From a virus (taxonomy: Duplodnaviria; Caudoviricetes), in the IMG/VR virus record IMGVR_UViG_3300008262_000105, positions 1,217 through 65,216 of that record: a stretch of 64,000 nt of DNA, one strand, 5' to 3'. The notes beneath the pieces are model-generated. The model made no database searches. It was given only the letters and a program-made list of their open reading frames with translations, and was not told the DNA's origin. Both the position numbers and the translations under genes were made by a program. Position 1 is the first letter of the stretch. Every line of letters begins with the position of its first letter. Shown piece after piece: positions 8,747 through 19,020 of the stretch.

Positions 8747-8778
8747 CAAATATAAGAAAAAATAATTAGATTTCCAAA
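8747..8778 (-). promoter_or_regulatory. Bacteroidota housekeeping-sigma promoter for the tmRNA
   Basis: Minus strand reads TTTG (8778-8775), 20 nt, TATATTTG (8754-8747), ending 13 nt before the mature tmRNA 5' end. Confidence 0.78.
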
Positions 8779-9137
8779 TCTTTCTTTTCTTTAAATTGAA
8801 GAAGATTTGGTAGGTACAAATTTAATTTTGGTATTTTTGGCATTACTAATTGTACCGCTTTATAATTGGAGTTTTTTATTTCATCATCACTTCCTTTAAC
8901 TCTCCAATTAAGAGTTGCTTGTGCAAAAAATGGATTATCAATTACTTTACTAAAACCAATAAAATCAACTTCATATATTTGTGATTCTGTATCATTTGCT
9001 TTTTGAATAAAGTATCTTGTTATATATCCTTTTTTATAATCTATTGGCGTTGGTGTAATGACATGTGTTTTTATTTTGACCGAATCAAACTTTAAATCAG
9101 GATTTCCAACTTTTTTAAATCTGTTTATGTCAATCAT
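8766..9137 (-). CDS. Hypothetical protein, last gene of the baseplate block (123 aa)
   Basis: ATG start, co-oriented, 10-nt gap to the upstream gene. Confidence 0.75.
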   Translation of the reverse strand: MIDINRFKKVGNPDLKFDSVKIKTHVITPTPIDYKKGYITRYFIQKANDTESQIYEVDFIGFSKVIDNPFFAQATLNWRVKGSDDEIKNSNYKAVQLVMPKIPKLNLYLPNLLQFKEKKDLEI

Positions 9138-9147
9138 AATTTTAAAA

Positions 9148-11424
9148 TTATCTAGCTTGTCTATAACTTCCTTCTATTTCTGTTTTCCACATCATTTCAC
9201 TTATAGTATGTTTTACAGAAGTTACTTGAAAGAATCCATTTTGGTAACCAGCCGGTAATCCAGTAACCATAAACTTATCACCTCTTTTGATACCACTCAC
9301 ACCATGAATACTAAAATTAAATTTAATTGGCATTATAGGACCAGTACCATCAGATTCAGTTTGAACATCTGTAACATCATTTTGTTTTTTAAAAAATTCA
9401 AAAACCGCTTGGTCATTGTAAGCAACTATAAAACATGCTGCTGATAAATTTGCAGCAAAATCAAATTTATCATCTTTATCAGGTCTTGGCATAAACCCAA
9501 CCTTATCTAAAAATAGTTGTAAATTTTTTTGTTTTGCTTCTTCTATTTCATCAGCTGTTGGTCCTTCTGGCGGACTATCATCGCTTGGTGGTGGTTCTTC
9601 CCTTCTTCGTATTGTTGTAAGTATTTTGTCTTCTTTATCAGTAAATAATCCTTTCTTTTTTGATGTAATATCTTTTTGACTTCCATTTATATTCTGTCCT
9701 ATTCTATTACCAATTATTTGATTCATTTTTGCACCACTAATATCTAAATCCAAAGAGGCATCTATAAAAATAGAACTTACCCCATGTAATTCAAATTCAA
9801 ATGGTTTTTCTTTTCCAGTTGCTGTTAAATTTAAATCCACAACTCTTAATTCATCATTATTTTCACCAGGAATTATTTGAAAATCCCATATACCACCAGC
9901 TGCACCAGCCATACCATTTAGTATCTGATATAACCCATCTTTTATTGAAAAGTTTTTAGTTTCCAATATACCTTTGGCAAAGTCCAAATTTACATATAAA
10001 TCATTTAAGAATCCCCACTGTCCTTCTGGTTTATTTAATCCTATAAAACTACTATCAACTTTATTTTGTATAACTACACCATTAGCCGAACCATCTACGA
10101 TTGCACCTGCAGCAGGAAATTGTACTATTGTACCATCTGTACCCGATACCGAACAATCATCTACTTCTTCATTCGATACACCATTATCAGTTTCACTATT
10201 TGCTGCCTTAACAATATCAAATTTAGGTGCTGTTTTATTTGGTATGAATAGTTTTGTTTTATCTGTACTAAATATTTTTGGGAATGCTGTACATGCCGTA
10301 TTATCTGTTCTTATTTGTGTTTTAACTTCTTTTCCACCAATCATAAATCCTTCAATTCCTATTTGATTTATAATTCTAATTAAAGCACTAAATTTTATAA
10401 ATGCATCATCTTTAATAATTTCACTACCAGCAGGAAATTCCACATCCGTTTTTTTACCACCGCTTTCAAATGTTGCTTCTTCATTATTTAATGTAAATCC
10501 TAATATTTGAGTACCAGTTGTACATTTATTTACCTTTGCTTTTACAGTTTCATCAATATTTATAAAATTTACGGCGTTTGCAACATCTGCTTCTGTTCTC
10601 AATGCTGAAACTCTTTCTGTTCTTCTGTTTGATGGTAATCTATTAAAAGCCATCATAAATCTTTTCTTACCTAAATCAGTTTCTGCTGATATTTGAGATG
10701 TACTATATTCTGCTGCAGTTTTCTTTTCACTTTCTGTACCTTTTTCTTCAGAATTATCCGCTCCCATAAAATATGCAGGTAATTCGGTAAAGCCTGTACA
10801 CTTAACAGTTATTTCGTAACTATTTCCATTTAATGATATACTTCCTCCTGTTATAAATCCCAAATAGTTATCGTACATACCACCACATGCTTCTCTAGCT
10901 GCATTTACATTATCAAATGTTTGGTAATTCGCTACACTATCAACATCTAATGTATTTTTATATTTGTTTAATGAACTTTTAACATTCCAACCCCATTCTA
11001 TAAAAATAGAATAACCAGGTTCCAAAAAATATTCACACAAACTATCTAATTGACCTTTTGTATAAGCTGTAATTGTAAATGTTGCTTTTCTACTAAGAGT
11101 ACCACTACCCTCATCAACTTCGATAGAACTTATATTTGGTTTTGGTCTGAAAACAGAATCATTTGCTGTTGCTGATACAAACCCACCACCCCAAGTTTTT
11201 CCTAAAGTTCCACTACTCTTACCACCACCATAAATAGAACCCTCACCAGCTGCTCCAAAGAGTTTAAAATTTGGGTTTGATAAAATTATTAAACCATCAC
11301 CAACTCCAGATGAAACTCTTACCCAAGCGTTTAATCCAGAAATTTTTTCTATATTTCTTTTTCTAGAATTAAGTTCGGTTTGAACATATCCTGCGATATT
11401 TGAAAAATTTGGAAAACTTGACAT
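9148..11424 (-). CDS. Putative baseplate hub protein (gp27/gpD-like)
   Basis: Follows the LysM gene. The C-terminal GVSGIKRGDKFMV...FQVTSVKHTI...WKTEIEG pattern is typical of hub proteins. Confidence 0.6.
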   Translation of the reverse strand: MSSFPNFSNIAGYVQTELNSRKRNIEKISGLNAWVRVSSGVGDGLIILSNPNFKLFGAAGEGSIYGGGKSSGTLGKTWGGGFVSATANDSVFRPKPNISSIEVDEGSGTLSRKATFTITAYTKGQLDSLCEYFLEPGYSIFIEWGWNVKSSLNKYKNTLDVDSVANYQTFDNVNAAREACGGMYDNYLGFITGGSISLNGNSYEITVKCTGFTELPAYFMGADNSEEKGTESEKKTAAEYSTSQISAETDLGKKRFMMAFNRLPSNRRTERVSALRTEADVANAVNFINIDETVKAKVNKCTTGTQILGFTLNNEEATFESGGKKTDVEFPAGSEIIKDDAFIKFSALIRIINQIGIEGFMIGGKEVKTQIRTDNTACTAFPKIFSTDKTKLFIPNKTAPKFDIVKAANSETDNGVSNEEVDDCSVSGTDGTIVQFPAAGAIVDGSANGVVIQNKVDSSFIGLNKPEGQWGFLNDLYVNLDFAKGILETKNFSIKDGLYQILNGMAGAAGGIWDFQIIPGENNDELRVVDLNLTATGKEKPFEFELHGVSSIFIDASLDLDISGAKMNQIIGNRIGQNINGSQKDITSKKKGLFTDKEDKILTTIRRREEPPPSDDSPPEGPTADEIEEAKQKNLQLFLDKVGFMPRPDKDDKFDFAANLSAACFIVAYNDQAVFEFFKKQNDVTDVQTESDGTGPIMPIKFNFSIHGVSGIKRGDKFMVTGLPAGYQNGFFQVTSVKHTISEMMWKTEIEGSYRQAR

Positions 11425-11427
11425 AAA

Positions 11428-11715
11428 TTATTGACTAAAATTATTTTCTATTTGAATATAGTTTAATGGTATTCTTAATATTGTACCATCTTTTAATCCC
11501 ATTGGTGCATCGTGTATATTGTTTGCTGCTGCAATTATCCACCAAAGGGAAGCATCTTCATAGTATTGATAAGCTAATGTATCCAATCTATCTCCAGTTT
11601 CAGTCATTACATACACATCCGTATCACTTAATGGGATATTTGGAAATATTTTTGGTTTAAATACTTCTCTGCCATCAAATGTTTTTTTAGTTTTGTTATT
11701 TGTATATCTTGCCAT
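11428..11715 (-). CDS. LysM-like baseplate protein (P2 gpX / T4 gp53-like)
   Basis: TETGDRLDTLAYQYYEDASLWWIIAAANNI...GTILRIP. Confidence 0.85.
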   Translation of the reverse strand: MARYTNNKTKKTFDGREVFKPKIFPNIPLSDTDVYVMTETGDRLDTLAYQYYEDASLWWIIAAANNIHDAPMGLKDGTILRIPLNYIQIENNFSQ

Positions 11716-11717
11716 AA

Positions 11718-14459
11718 TTAACTTACGTTTGGACTTTCAGGATAAAACTTACCTTTTGTTGGAGAATAGTATCCCATATTAGTTAATTTATATATTAAAT
11801 TTTCTTTTACAGCAGCTTCCCCTACAGTTGTTGTAGTTTTTCCAGTTTGGTCTGTGAATGTTCGACTAAACCCAGAATAATAACTAACCTCATCAATCAT
11901 TTCACCATCTGCAAATACTTGACCTTTAATACCATCACCATCTGTAAATACATTTACTTTATATGAAGGTAATTTTGGTTTTTCTATTGTGGATTCATTT
12001 TCTTTTACGCTAGCTGGTTCGTTTGTTTGTGTATTAGTTTGTCCAGCTGGTTCTAATTTTTTTGCAGGTAATTTCTTTTTGAGTGTAGGAACTTCAGCAT
12101 CATCGCTTGAAGTTTGTAAACTCTCATTATTATTTGAATCATCTATTTTTTGTGCAGTTGCATTTGAATCACCAGTATTTTGCTGTGCTTTAGGAAGTTT
12201 TTCAAATCCATAGTATTGACCTCCCTGACTTGTTCCAACTGATTCAACAAATTTAAGTGTTACGTTCACATCAATAATTATTGGAAGTTTATAATCCTTC
12301 ATACTAATTGTAGCTCCCTCTATACCAACAACACCATCTTCACCAACACCAACAGAACCAATTTCCCAACCACCATTTTCATCTACTGTATAACTTAATG
12401 ATTCTATAAAACAATTTTTGCTTTTATATAAGTTGCCTAAAGTAAACGTTACGAATGGTGGGATTGCATATGCACCACTATAACCTTGTGGATAAGCTAA
12501 ACCTGTTAGGAAGTTTATTCTTTGCCATGCTGCTACGTGCTGTAAAGGAGTTGTTGAATAAACTTTAAAATTAAAACTTACGCTTCTTTCGATACCAGTA
12601 TAAGTGTAATAATTAAATGGATTACCAATAAATTTTCCAGAATCCCAACTCGGACTTACAGTTTCACTTATACCAGTTACTGTTGCTCTGAAATTTACAG
12701 ATTGCCCTGTTGCTTTTGACCTAAATTTTAAAGTTACAAAATCATAATCATCTAATATAGTTCCATCTTTTAATTTTAATGATTCACCTGCATATGGTGT
12801 TTTTTCATTTACAAAATCTAATTTATCTTTACTTTCTATACCATATCTATTTTTTAAAGATACTGCTCTATTACTTTCTTTTAAAGTATTTTTAAATCTT
12901 GAATATTGATTTTTTGAAACATTTTCTCTAGTCAAAGGTGCTAATCCTTTTCTATCACCTTCGGATAATTCCTTTCTTGCCTCCATTAATAGTTCTAACT
13001 TTGCCGATGTATCATTTCTTAAAGTTATATCATCTTGCGTTGCATCTACTGTACCAGAGTATTTTATTTCGTTATCGTATCTATTAATTACGTTTGCTTT
13101 TATTGCAGTTTCATCTTTATTTTCTGCATTTTGCTGTGCTTCTTTTCTACCTTCTTTTAATTTTTCTTTACTTTTTTTATCAAAAGGATTTTGTGATTCT
13201 CCCAATAATTTTCCAGTAGAACTTAAATCACCTTTTTTTGGTGAACCAGGAATTGCAGATTCTGTTTCTTTTTTATCTTTGGAAAATTCTTTTTTACTTT
13301 CTATTAAAGTATTTAATTTTGAAGATAAATCATTCCTTAATTTAACATCGTCAGCTTGCTCATCTACAGTTTCAGAATATCTTATAATTGGATCTGGTGC
13401 TAAGTCTGATTCAGCGTTGGGTTTTACATCGCCTACTTTAAATTTACCAGATGATAAAAATTGCTGTCCTTCTTTTCTAGCAGATGTTAATTGAGATGTT
13501 ACACCTTCTTTTACAGTTGATACTTTACCTTTTATGTTAAATCTACTTACATCCAAATTTAGTTTTCCACCTAAGTTTGTAGTGGATGGTAACCCCTTTG
13601 GTTCATATTTTGGTGCACTTTCTGCTATTTTAGCAATTGTTTCTCTTTCGGTTTTCTTTTTATATCTTATTTTTTCAAGTTGTAAACTCGATAAATCATT
13701 TCTTTTTGCTATATCCTCACTATATGCATCAATTGTAGATGTGTATCTTGCAAAACTATCGTACTGAGTTTCGTATTCATTCTTTTTTGCTAAATTTTGT
13801 GCTCCTTGCTTTGGTGCACCAAATAGTTTTTTTCTTACTTCTTTTTTTAATAAATCTACACTTGTACCAACAACACCATTTAATATTTGTTTTGGAGTAC
13901 CTTTTACATTTTTTATAATTTGACCAGATATTGTTCCTTTACCATCTTTTTTAATTTCTGCTAAAGTGGTCATTGTATCTGGTTCTTTACCAGATTTAAA
14001 TTTATCATTTAAAGAAATTTTAGTTGGTATTAAATGGTCAGGAAACACAACACCTATTTTAGATAGTGTTCTTAATCCAAAGTTTTCTATCTTATTATAT
14101 AAATTACCTATAATTCCGCTAGATTGACCAGGATTTATTGAATCTTTCATTGTATCAACCAACTTAGTTGATTTTTTTTGAAAGCGAATAATATCAGTTC
14201 CATATACAACAGGAGCTGATAAATTATGTATCATTCTCAATCCTCTTATTTCACTTTCTACAAATGTTTCTTTTAATCTATTATTGTTACTAGAAGAACC
14301 TTTTCGTATTCCAGACGCTCCTTTAAATGATAGTTCAAGTAAAGAATTACCTGGCGTAATAGGATTTTTCTTACTATCACGAATTTCGTATTTTTGTTGA
14401 GCAGTTTGCCCGTCTGCTAAACGTTGTGTCTTAAATAATTCTTCTAATGTTCTTCCCAT
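11718..14459 (-). CDS. Putative baseplate tube-initiator protein (gp48/gp54-like C-terminal domain) with a long Lys-rich N-terminal region
   Basis: FRATVTGISETVSPSW...YTYTGIERSVSFNFKV...PPFVTFTLGNLY...IESLSY suggests a tube-like fold; lies between the tape measure and LysM genes. Confidence 0.6.
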   Translation of the reverse strand: MGRTLEELFKTQRLADGQTAQQKYEIRDSKKNPITPGNSLLELSFKGASGIRKGSSSNNNRLKETFVESEIRGLRMIHNLSAPVVYGTDIIRFQKKSTKLVDTMKDSINPGQSSGIIGNLYNKIENFGLRTLSKIGVVFPDHLIPTKISLNDKFKSGKEPDTMTTLAEIKKDGKGTISGQIIKNVKGTPKQILNGVVGTSVDLLKKEVRKKLFGAPKQGAQNLAKKNEYETQYDSFARYTSTIDAYSEDIAKRNDLSSLQLEKIRYKKKTERETIAKIAESAPKYEPKGLPSTTNLGGKLNLDVSRFNIKGKVSTVKEGVTSQLTSARKEGQQFLSSGKFKVGDVKPNAESDLAPDPIIRYSETVDEQADDVKLRNDLSSKLNTLIESKKEFSKDKKETESAIPGSPKKGDLSSTGKLLGESQNPFDKKSKEKLKEGRKEAQQNAENKDETAIKANVINRYDNEIKYSGTVDATQDDITLRNDTSAKLELLMEARKELSEGDRKGLAPLTRENVSKNQYSRFKNTLKESNRAVSLKNRYGIESKDKLDFVNEKTPYAGESLKLKDGTILDDYDFVTLKFRSKATGQSVNFRATVTGISETVSPSWDSGKFIGNPFNYYTYTGIERSVSFNFKVYSTTPLQHVAAWQRINFLTGLAYPQGYSGAYAIPPFVTFTLGNLYKSKNCFIESLSYTVDENGGWEIGSVGVGEDGVVGIEGATISMKDYKLPIIIDVNVTLKFVESVGTSQGGQYYGFEKLPKAQQNTGDSNATAQKIDDSNNNESLQTSSDDAEVPTLKKKLPAKKLEPAGQTNTQTNEPASVKENESTIEKPKLPSYKVNVFTDGDGIKGQVFADGEMIDEVSYYSGFSRTFTDQTGKTTTTVGEAAVKENLIYKLTNMGYYSPTKGKFYPESPNVS

Positions 14460-14461
14460 CT

Positions 14462-17038
14462 TTAAGTTTTAGCGTATGAATTTGAGCTAGTTCTTGAAAC
14501 AATTTTTCCAACACCAGACGTTACTTTCTGACCATCCATATTTACAGCTATTTTACCTGCTAATAAATCACCTCTTAATGCTTTGATTTCAGTAATCAAT
14601 TCATCCATTTTTGCAGATTCACCACCTTCATCACCACCACCCATCAATGCCGCGGCACCACCAGCTACTAATCCCAATGCCAATAAAGCAGGTAATGCTA
14701 ACATACCAGAGATAGCCACAGCTGCTAATGCAACTGATAACGCCATTAATGCTCCAGCTAATCCAAATATTGGTAAGAAGTTGATAGTAGATAATGCTGC
14801 TATTTGTTCAACCATAGAAGGTAATGCACCAGTCAGTGCTGACATTCCATTTCCAACCATTAATAATCCTGCTCCAAATACAACCAATGCAGCCCCCAAA
14901 GCTGTTAATGCTAAAATACCTGCTCCAAATACGATTGCCGCAGGTCCCATCATTAAAAGTCCTAAACCAAATACAGCTGCTGTAAATGCAACCAAAGCTA
15001 TACCGGCTGCTATCAATCCATCACCATTAACAGCTGACATTAGATTTAGAGCGTATGCAAAAGGAATTAATGCTAATCCCAATATTGCCACTGCCAATGC
15101 TCCCTTAATCATTTCACCTTGTATTTTACTTAATAAGAAAGCAATACCGGCTAAACCAACTAATGCAGCTAATCCCATACCAACAGATTCCCAAGTAACT
15201 TCTGCAAATTCTTGGAATGCTTTTGCTGCTACAAATAATGCTGCAGCTAATATTAATAATGCCACTGCACCTTTAATTAATGCGTTTGCATTAACTTTAG
15301 ACATTTTATTTGCTTGGTCCGATGGACCTGCTTGCGATTGTGGTGCTGCTGTTGGTTTTGGTGCAGTTGAACCCACGGAACTTTGTCCAGGCAATTCTGG
15401 CTTTTTACCACCAAACATGGATTTTATTTTACCACCCATATCTTTTAGAAATCCACCAGCATCTTTAAAGTTACCTGCTATTTCTTTTGAAGTTCCGATA
15501 GCACCACTCAAGCCACTAACAAACCCACCTAAAGGACCAGTAGTTAGAGCGCTTAGTGTTTCAGTCATTGTATTGAATCCACCTTCTATCTGACCACTAA
15601 TTGTTGCTGCTTTTTCCTGTTGAGTTACCATTTTTTGAAGTTCATCAACAGATACTCCCATCAAATCAGCAGTTGCTTTCTTTTGGAAGTAATCCATTTT
15701 ATTGAATTCTTCAACTCCACCCAATGCTCTTAATGTTTCTTGCGTTGCTCCTGCAATATCACCAGAATAAGCTAATTGTCTAGCTTTATCTAAATTGATA
15801 TTTTTACCAAGCATAGCTCCTAATTCTAATTCTTTTGTAATAGAATTTTCAAAATCTAATAGATTATCTGCTATACCGGTCATAGTTTTAAGACTAGTAC
15901 CCATCTTAGCAGCTTGTACAGCAGCTTGTGCAATATTTTTTCCACCATCCTTTCCAAACAAAGCAAATGCTTCAGCTGAACCAGCCATATCTTTCATTAT
16001 ATCGGCTGGAACTAAACCATTTTGTTTTGCTAATTCTTTTGTACCTTCAGCTAAATTTTGTGCGGTTTCAATACTATTACCATTCAAACGAGCAAGGTTA
16101 CCAGTTAATTTTGCAGCCTCATCACCACTAATACCCATATTAGTAGCCATAAGGTTTGTATTCAATTGATTTTTAAATGAAATATCATTTAATCCCCCAA
16201 ATTCAGATGATAATGATTTCGCTGTGCCTGTTGCATCTTTAAATACAGCACCTAAAGCTGTAGCTGATACTGTTGCCCCACCTAAGAAACCACCTAATTC
16301 TCTTGTAGTTTTTCCTAACTCTGTAAGTGCTTTACCCGCTCCTAATAAAGTTACTCTAGCAAATCCTCTCCATCCACTAAATAACAATCCTGCTGTTCCT
16401 AATATACCACCAAGTGTTTTCTTTATACCTTCATATGCTTTGACTGAAGCTTCTAATTGAGCCTTTTGCTCTTCAGTCATATAAGACATTTGATTTGCGT
16501 AAGTTGTACCTTCTTTTAATTTATCTAATACTGCCTGTTCTTCGGCTGACATTGCACCCATCGAAGTTTCGGTAGCTTTAATACGTTCAAGTATTATTTC
16601 TCTTTGTATAGTATCTTCTGAACTTAATTGTGCTAAATCTCTATTTAATCCTGCTATTTTATTAAAAGCTTCTACTCTTTTAGGGTCAGACTCTGCCATA
16701 CTTTGTTGGAGTGTTAGTCTTTCTCTATCTATTTCTTTTAATCCATCATAGATACCACTTAAACTTTTTAGAGATGCTTCTTGCTGTCCTAAAGATTTTA
16801 AATTTTGTATTCTTATATTTGCCTGTCTAGTTTGATTAGCTATCAGTTCTTTTTCAGTTCTTGCTTGCTTTTCTGTTAGAGCAGTTATTGCTTTTTGTTT
16901 AAGTTCCGCAGATACATACCTGTTCCTTTCAGCATTAGTAATATTTTCTATTGCTTTTGCTGTTTTTTCTTTTTCTGCTTGTAATTTTTGTTCCTGTTCT
17001 ACAAGTTGCTTACCAAATAATCCTGCATCTTTTGCCAT
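14462..17038 (-). CDS. Tape measure protein (858 aa)
   Basis: Coiled-coil N-terminus, Ala/Gly-rich helical middle, hydrophobic C-terminal helices, and position downstream of the tube and chaperone genes. Confidence 0.8.
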   Translation of the reverse strand: MAKDAGLFGKQLVEQEQKLQAEKEKTAKAIENITNAERNRYVSAELKQKAITALTEKQARTEKELIANQTRQANIRIQNLKSLGQQEASLKSLSGIYDGLKEIDRERLTLQQSMAESDPKRVEAFNKIAGLNRDLAQLSSEDTIQREIILERIKATETSMGAMSAEEQAVLDKLKEGTTYANQMSYMTEEQKAQLEASVKAYEGIKKTLGGILGTAGLLFSGWRGFARVTLLGAGKALTELGKTTRELGGFLGGATVSATALGAVFKDATGTAKSLSSEFGGLNDISFKNQLNTNLMATNMGISGDEAAKLTGNLARLNGNSIETAQNLAEGTKELAKQNGLVPADIMKDMAGSAEAFALFGKDGGKNIAQAAVQAAKMGTSLKTMTGIADNLLDFENSITKELELGAMLGKNINLDKARQLAYSGDIAGATQETLRALGGVEEFNKMDYFQKKATADLMGVSVDELQKMVTQQEKAATISGQIEGGFNTMTETLSALTTGPLGGFVSGLSGAIGTSKEIAGNFKDAGGFLKDMGGKIKSMFGGKKPELPGQSSVGSTAPKPTAAPQSQAGPSDQANKMSKVNANALIKGAVALLILAAALFVAAKAFQEFAEVTWESVGMGLAALVGLAGIAFLLSKIQGEMIKGALAVAILGLALIPFAYALNLMSAVNGDGLIAAGIALVAFTAAVFGLGLLMMGPAAIVFGAGILALTALGAALVVFGAGLLMVGNGMSALTGALPSMVEQIAALSTINFLPIFGLAGALMALSVALAAVAISGMLALPALLALGLVAGGAAALMGGGDEGGESAKMDELITEIKALRGDLLAGKIAVNMDGQKVTSGVGKIVSRTSSNSYAKT

Positions 17039-17055
17039 TACTTAATTCTTATTTA

Positions 17056-17304
17056 TTATAATTCATCCATTTCAGGAGCTTGGTAGGATGGGTCATATTT
17101 TTGAATCTTTTTAATCAATTCATCTCTCTTTTTTTGCAAATCTCTTAAATCTTGAACAATAGGAGGTGGCATTCTTTTATTTTTTTCAGCATCTTTAAGT
17201 GCTTTATTGATTGCTCCATATTTTAATCCATCAAAAAAATTATCTGTAAACTTCTTTAACATTGATGGAATTCCTTCTTTTAATTGTTTTTTATCGTTTG
17301 GCAT
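17056..17304 (-). CDS. Hypothetical protein (82 aa)
   Basis: ATG start with the ATATTTATA motif at 17325-17333. Confidence 0.7.
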   Translation of the reverse strand: MPNDKKQLKEGIPSMLKKFTDNFFDGLKYGAINKALKDAEKNKRMPPPIVQDLRDLQKKRDELIKKIQKYDPSYQAPEMDEL

Positions 17305-17341
17305 AGTATTTCCCTTTTATATTCTATAAATATTCGCAAAC

Positions 17342-17375
17342 AAAAAAGTGAGGATATTAACGCATCCTCACTTTT
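17342..17375 (-). terminator. Intrinsic terminator overlapping the stop codon of the 76-aa ORF
   Basis: AAAAGTGAGGAT-N8-ATCCTCACTTTT inverted repeat with a U6 tract on the minus strand. Confidence 0.7.
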
Positions 17376-17587
17376 GGCATTTTCATTTTAGATTGAGCTT
17401 TTTTATGCTCTTCAGCTTCTTTTTTCTTTAATTCAATTAATTTATTGAAATAGAATTTACGAAGATATGTTGGCATATGATACACTTCTGTCCAAGTAAA
17501 TCCATTACCGAATTGAACCATTTCCCAAATCTGCGTATGAAGTTGAATCTTATAATCAGTTGGAAGGGTAAAAAAAGTTAATCCCAA
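17357..17587 (-). CDS. Tail assembly chaperone, second ORF (gpT-like); probably the frameshifted extension of the upstream gene
   Basis: GFTWTEVYHMPTYLRKFYF resembles the small chaperone family found before tape measure genes. The annotated start is only a TTG, and the ORF overlaps the upstream gene across a T7 run. Confidence 0.65.
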   Translation of the reverse strand: MGLTFFTLPTDYKIQLHTQIWEMVQFGNGFTWTEVYHMPTYLRKFYFNKLIELKKKEAEEHKKAQSKMKMPKVRMR

Positions 17588-18368
17588 AGGGAATATCTAG
17601 CGCCTCCGTTTCGCCAGTTGCTTTAGAAACAAACTCAAATTTCATATCTAAATCAGGTGATATATCTTTTACAAATACTCTGAATGCTTTTGTATCTCTT
17701 GCTAAGAAAGAGTTTACTACCCATTTGTTTATAAAACCTCTATCTTCATTTCCATCAACAGATGTAATCATATACTTTAAACGAGTAGTTACATCATAAG
17801 CTCCTGCTGAGTTTTTATTTAATTTTTCTAAAGCCTGTATATCTTTAGTTATTTCTTGTTCATCACCATGTGTTAATAGTTTAAAAGTAATTTCTTTACT
17901 ATTAGATGGTAATATAAATTTATATCTATTTTTTGAGTTTAATATAGATTCATCTATATCCTTAGTTTGTATTTTACCCAAATCAATTACCACTTCCTGC
18001 TTTTCACCTGTAAATGGGTCTGTCATTTCTACATGGTAATCAGCACCATATCCCAAAACACGTGTTGCCATTAAAATGGCATTTTTATCACCAATAAAAA
18101 CATCATTTGGATTTACACCAGGCTCAACTAAAACTGATTCAAATAATTTATCTAAAGCAATTCCTTTTTTAATAAAATTTTGATTTGCAAGAATATCTTC
18201 TTCTCTTGCTGTCATATATTTTATTTCACAAGTTCCTTTTCTTAAAGGGTGATTTTCTGGATATACTAATCCTTTTGATGGTAATTCAATAACTTCGGTA
18301 GGAAAATCATATTTAAGACTTTCATACTTAGGTGTTGGAGTTGGTTGCGTAATATTAACTTCTGCCAT
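17556..18368 (-). CDS. Tail or baseplate assembly chaperone (T4 gp26-like)
   Basis: IELPSKGLVYP...IKYMTAREEDIL...GDKNAILMATRVLGYG; lies directly after the tail tube gene. Confidence 0.75.
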   Translation of the reverse strand: MAEVNITQPTPTPKYESLKYDFPTEVIELPSKGLVYPENHPLRKGTCEIKYMTAREEDILANQNFIKKGIALDKLFESVLVEPGVNPNDVFIGDKNAILMATRVLGYGADYHVEMTDPFTGEKQEVVIDLGKIQTKDIDESILNSKNRYKFILPSNSKEITFKLLTHGDEQEITKDIQALEKLNKNSAGAYDVTTRLKYMITSVDGNEDRGFINKWVVNSFLARDTKAFRVFVKDISPDLDMKFEFVSKATGETEALDIPFGINFFYPSN

Positions 18369-18426
18369 AACTTTCTATCTTTTTTAGTTTGTATATATAA
18401 ATACATAAATCTTAAAAAATTGGAAA

Positions 18427-18463
18427 TAAAAAAGGGATACCTTTTGGATATCCCTTCTTTTTT
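18427..18463 (-). terminator. Intrinsic terminator after the tail tube gene
   Basis: AAGGGATA...TATCCCTT stem flanked by A and T runs. Confidence 0.75.
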
Positions 18464-18478
18464 ATAGTTTTTCTTAAA

Positions 18479-18967
18479 TTAGAATTCAAGAATTGCGTAA
18501 TCGTAAGCTAAAGATAATTCGATAGTTGCAGGTTCGTTAGAATCAAATGCTACATCACCAAAGTTTGCACTTACAATAAGAGCGCCTTTTAGTTTCCACT
18601 GCTCAATCTTATCACCAACAGGACCTAACATATAGAAATCTATATCTTTTTTATAGAAATCAGCATACCCACGTCTACCAGTAATAGATTCATGTCCTAA
18701 ACGTACCCACTCCATTACCGCTTGTGCTCCAGATGGAACGATTGGGTCATAAAGTGTGATAGTTATATCTTGCCATTCACCTTTACCTTGCAATTGTCTT
18801 TTAATGTTGATGTGGTCTAAAGTTACCTTTTCAAACTGAATTGAAGGTCTTGCTGCTGCTTTAACCATATATGATGGGATACCGTCAATCTCCATCACAT
18901 AGCGGTTTTTCATCTTAGGTTCGAAGTTCGTATAGAACATCTTGTCAAACTCTAATATTTCTGCCAT
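18479..18967 (-). CDS. Tail tube protein (T4 gp19-like)
   Basis: FEPKMKNRY...GKGEWQDITITLYDPI...EQWKLKGA...IELSLAYDYA; follows the sheath gene. Confidence 0.92.
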   Translation of the reverse strand: MAEILEFDKMFYTNFEPKMKNRYVMEIDGIPSYMVKAAARPSIQFEKVTLDHINIKRQLQGKGEWQDITITLYDPIVPSGAQAVMEWVRLGHESITGRRGYADFYKKDIDFYMLGPVGDKIEQWKLKGALIVSANFGDVAFDSNEPATIELSLAYDYAILEF

Positions 18968-19020
18968 TTTATTATCCTTTTATTTTATATTAATAAATAT
19001 CAATTTATTTCAAATCCATA

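Noticed and set aside
14583-15593. 336-aa plus-strand ORF
   Set aside because: Antisense shadow of the Ala/Gly/Leu-rich tape measure C-terminus.
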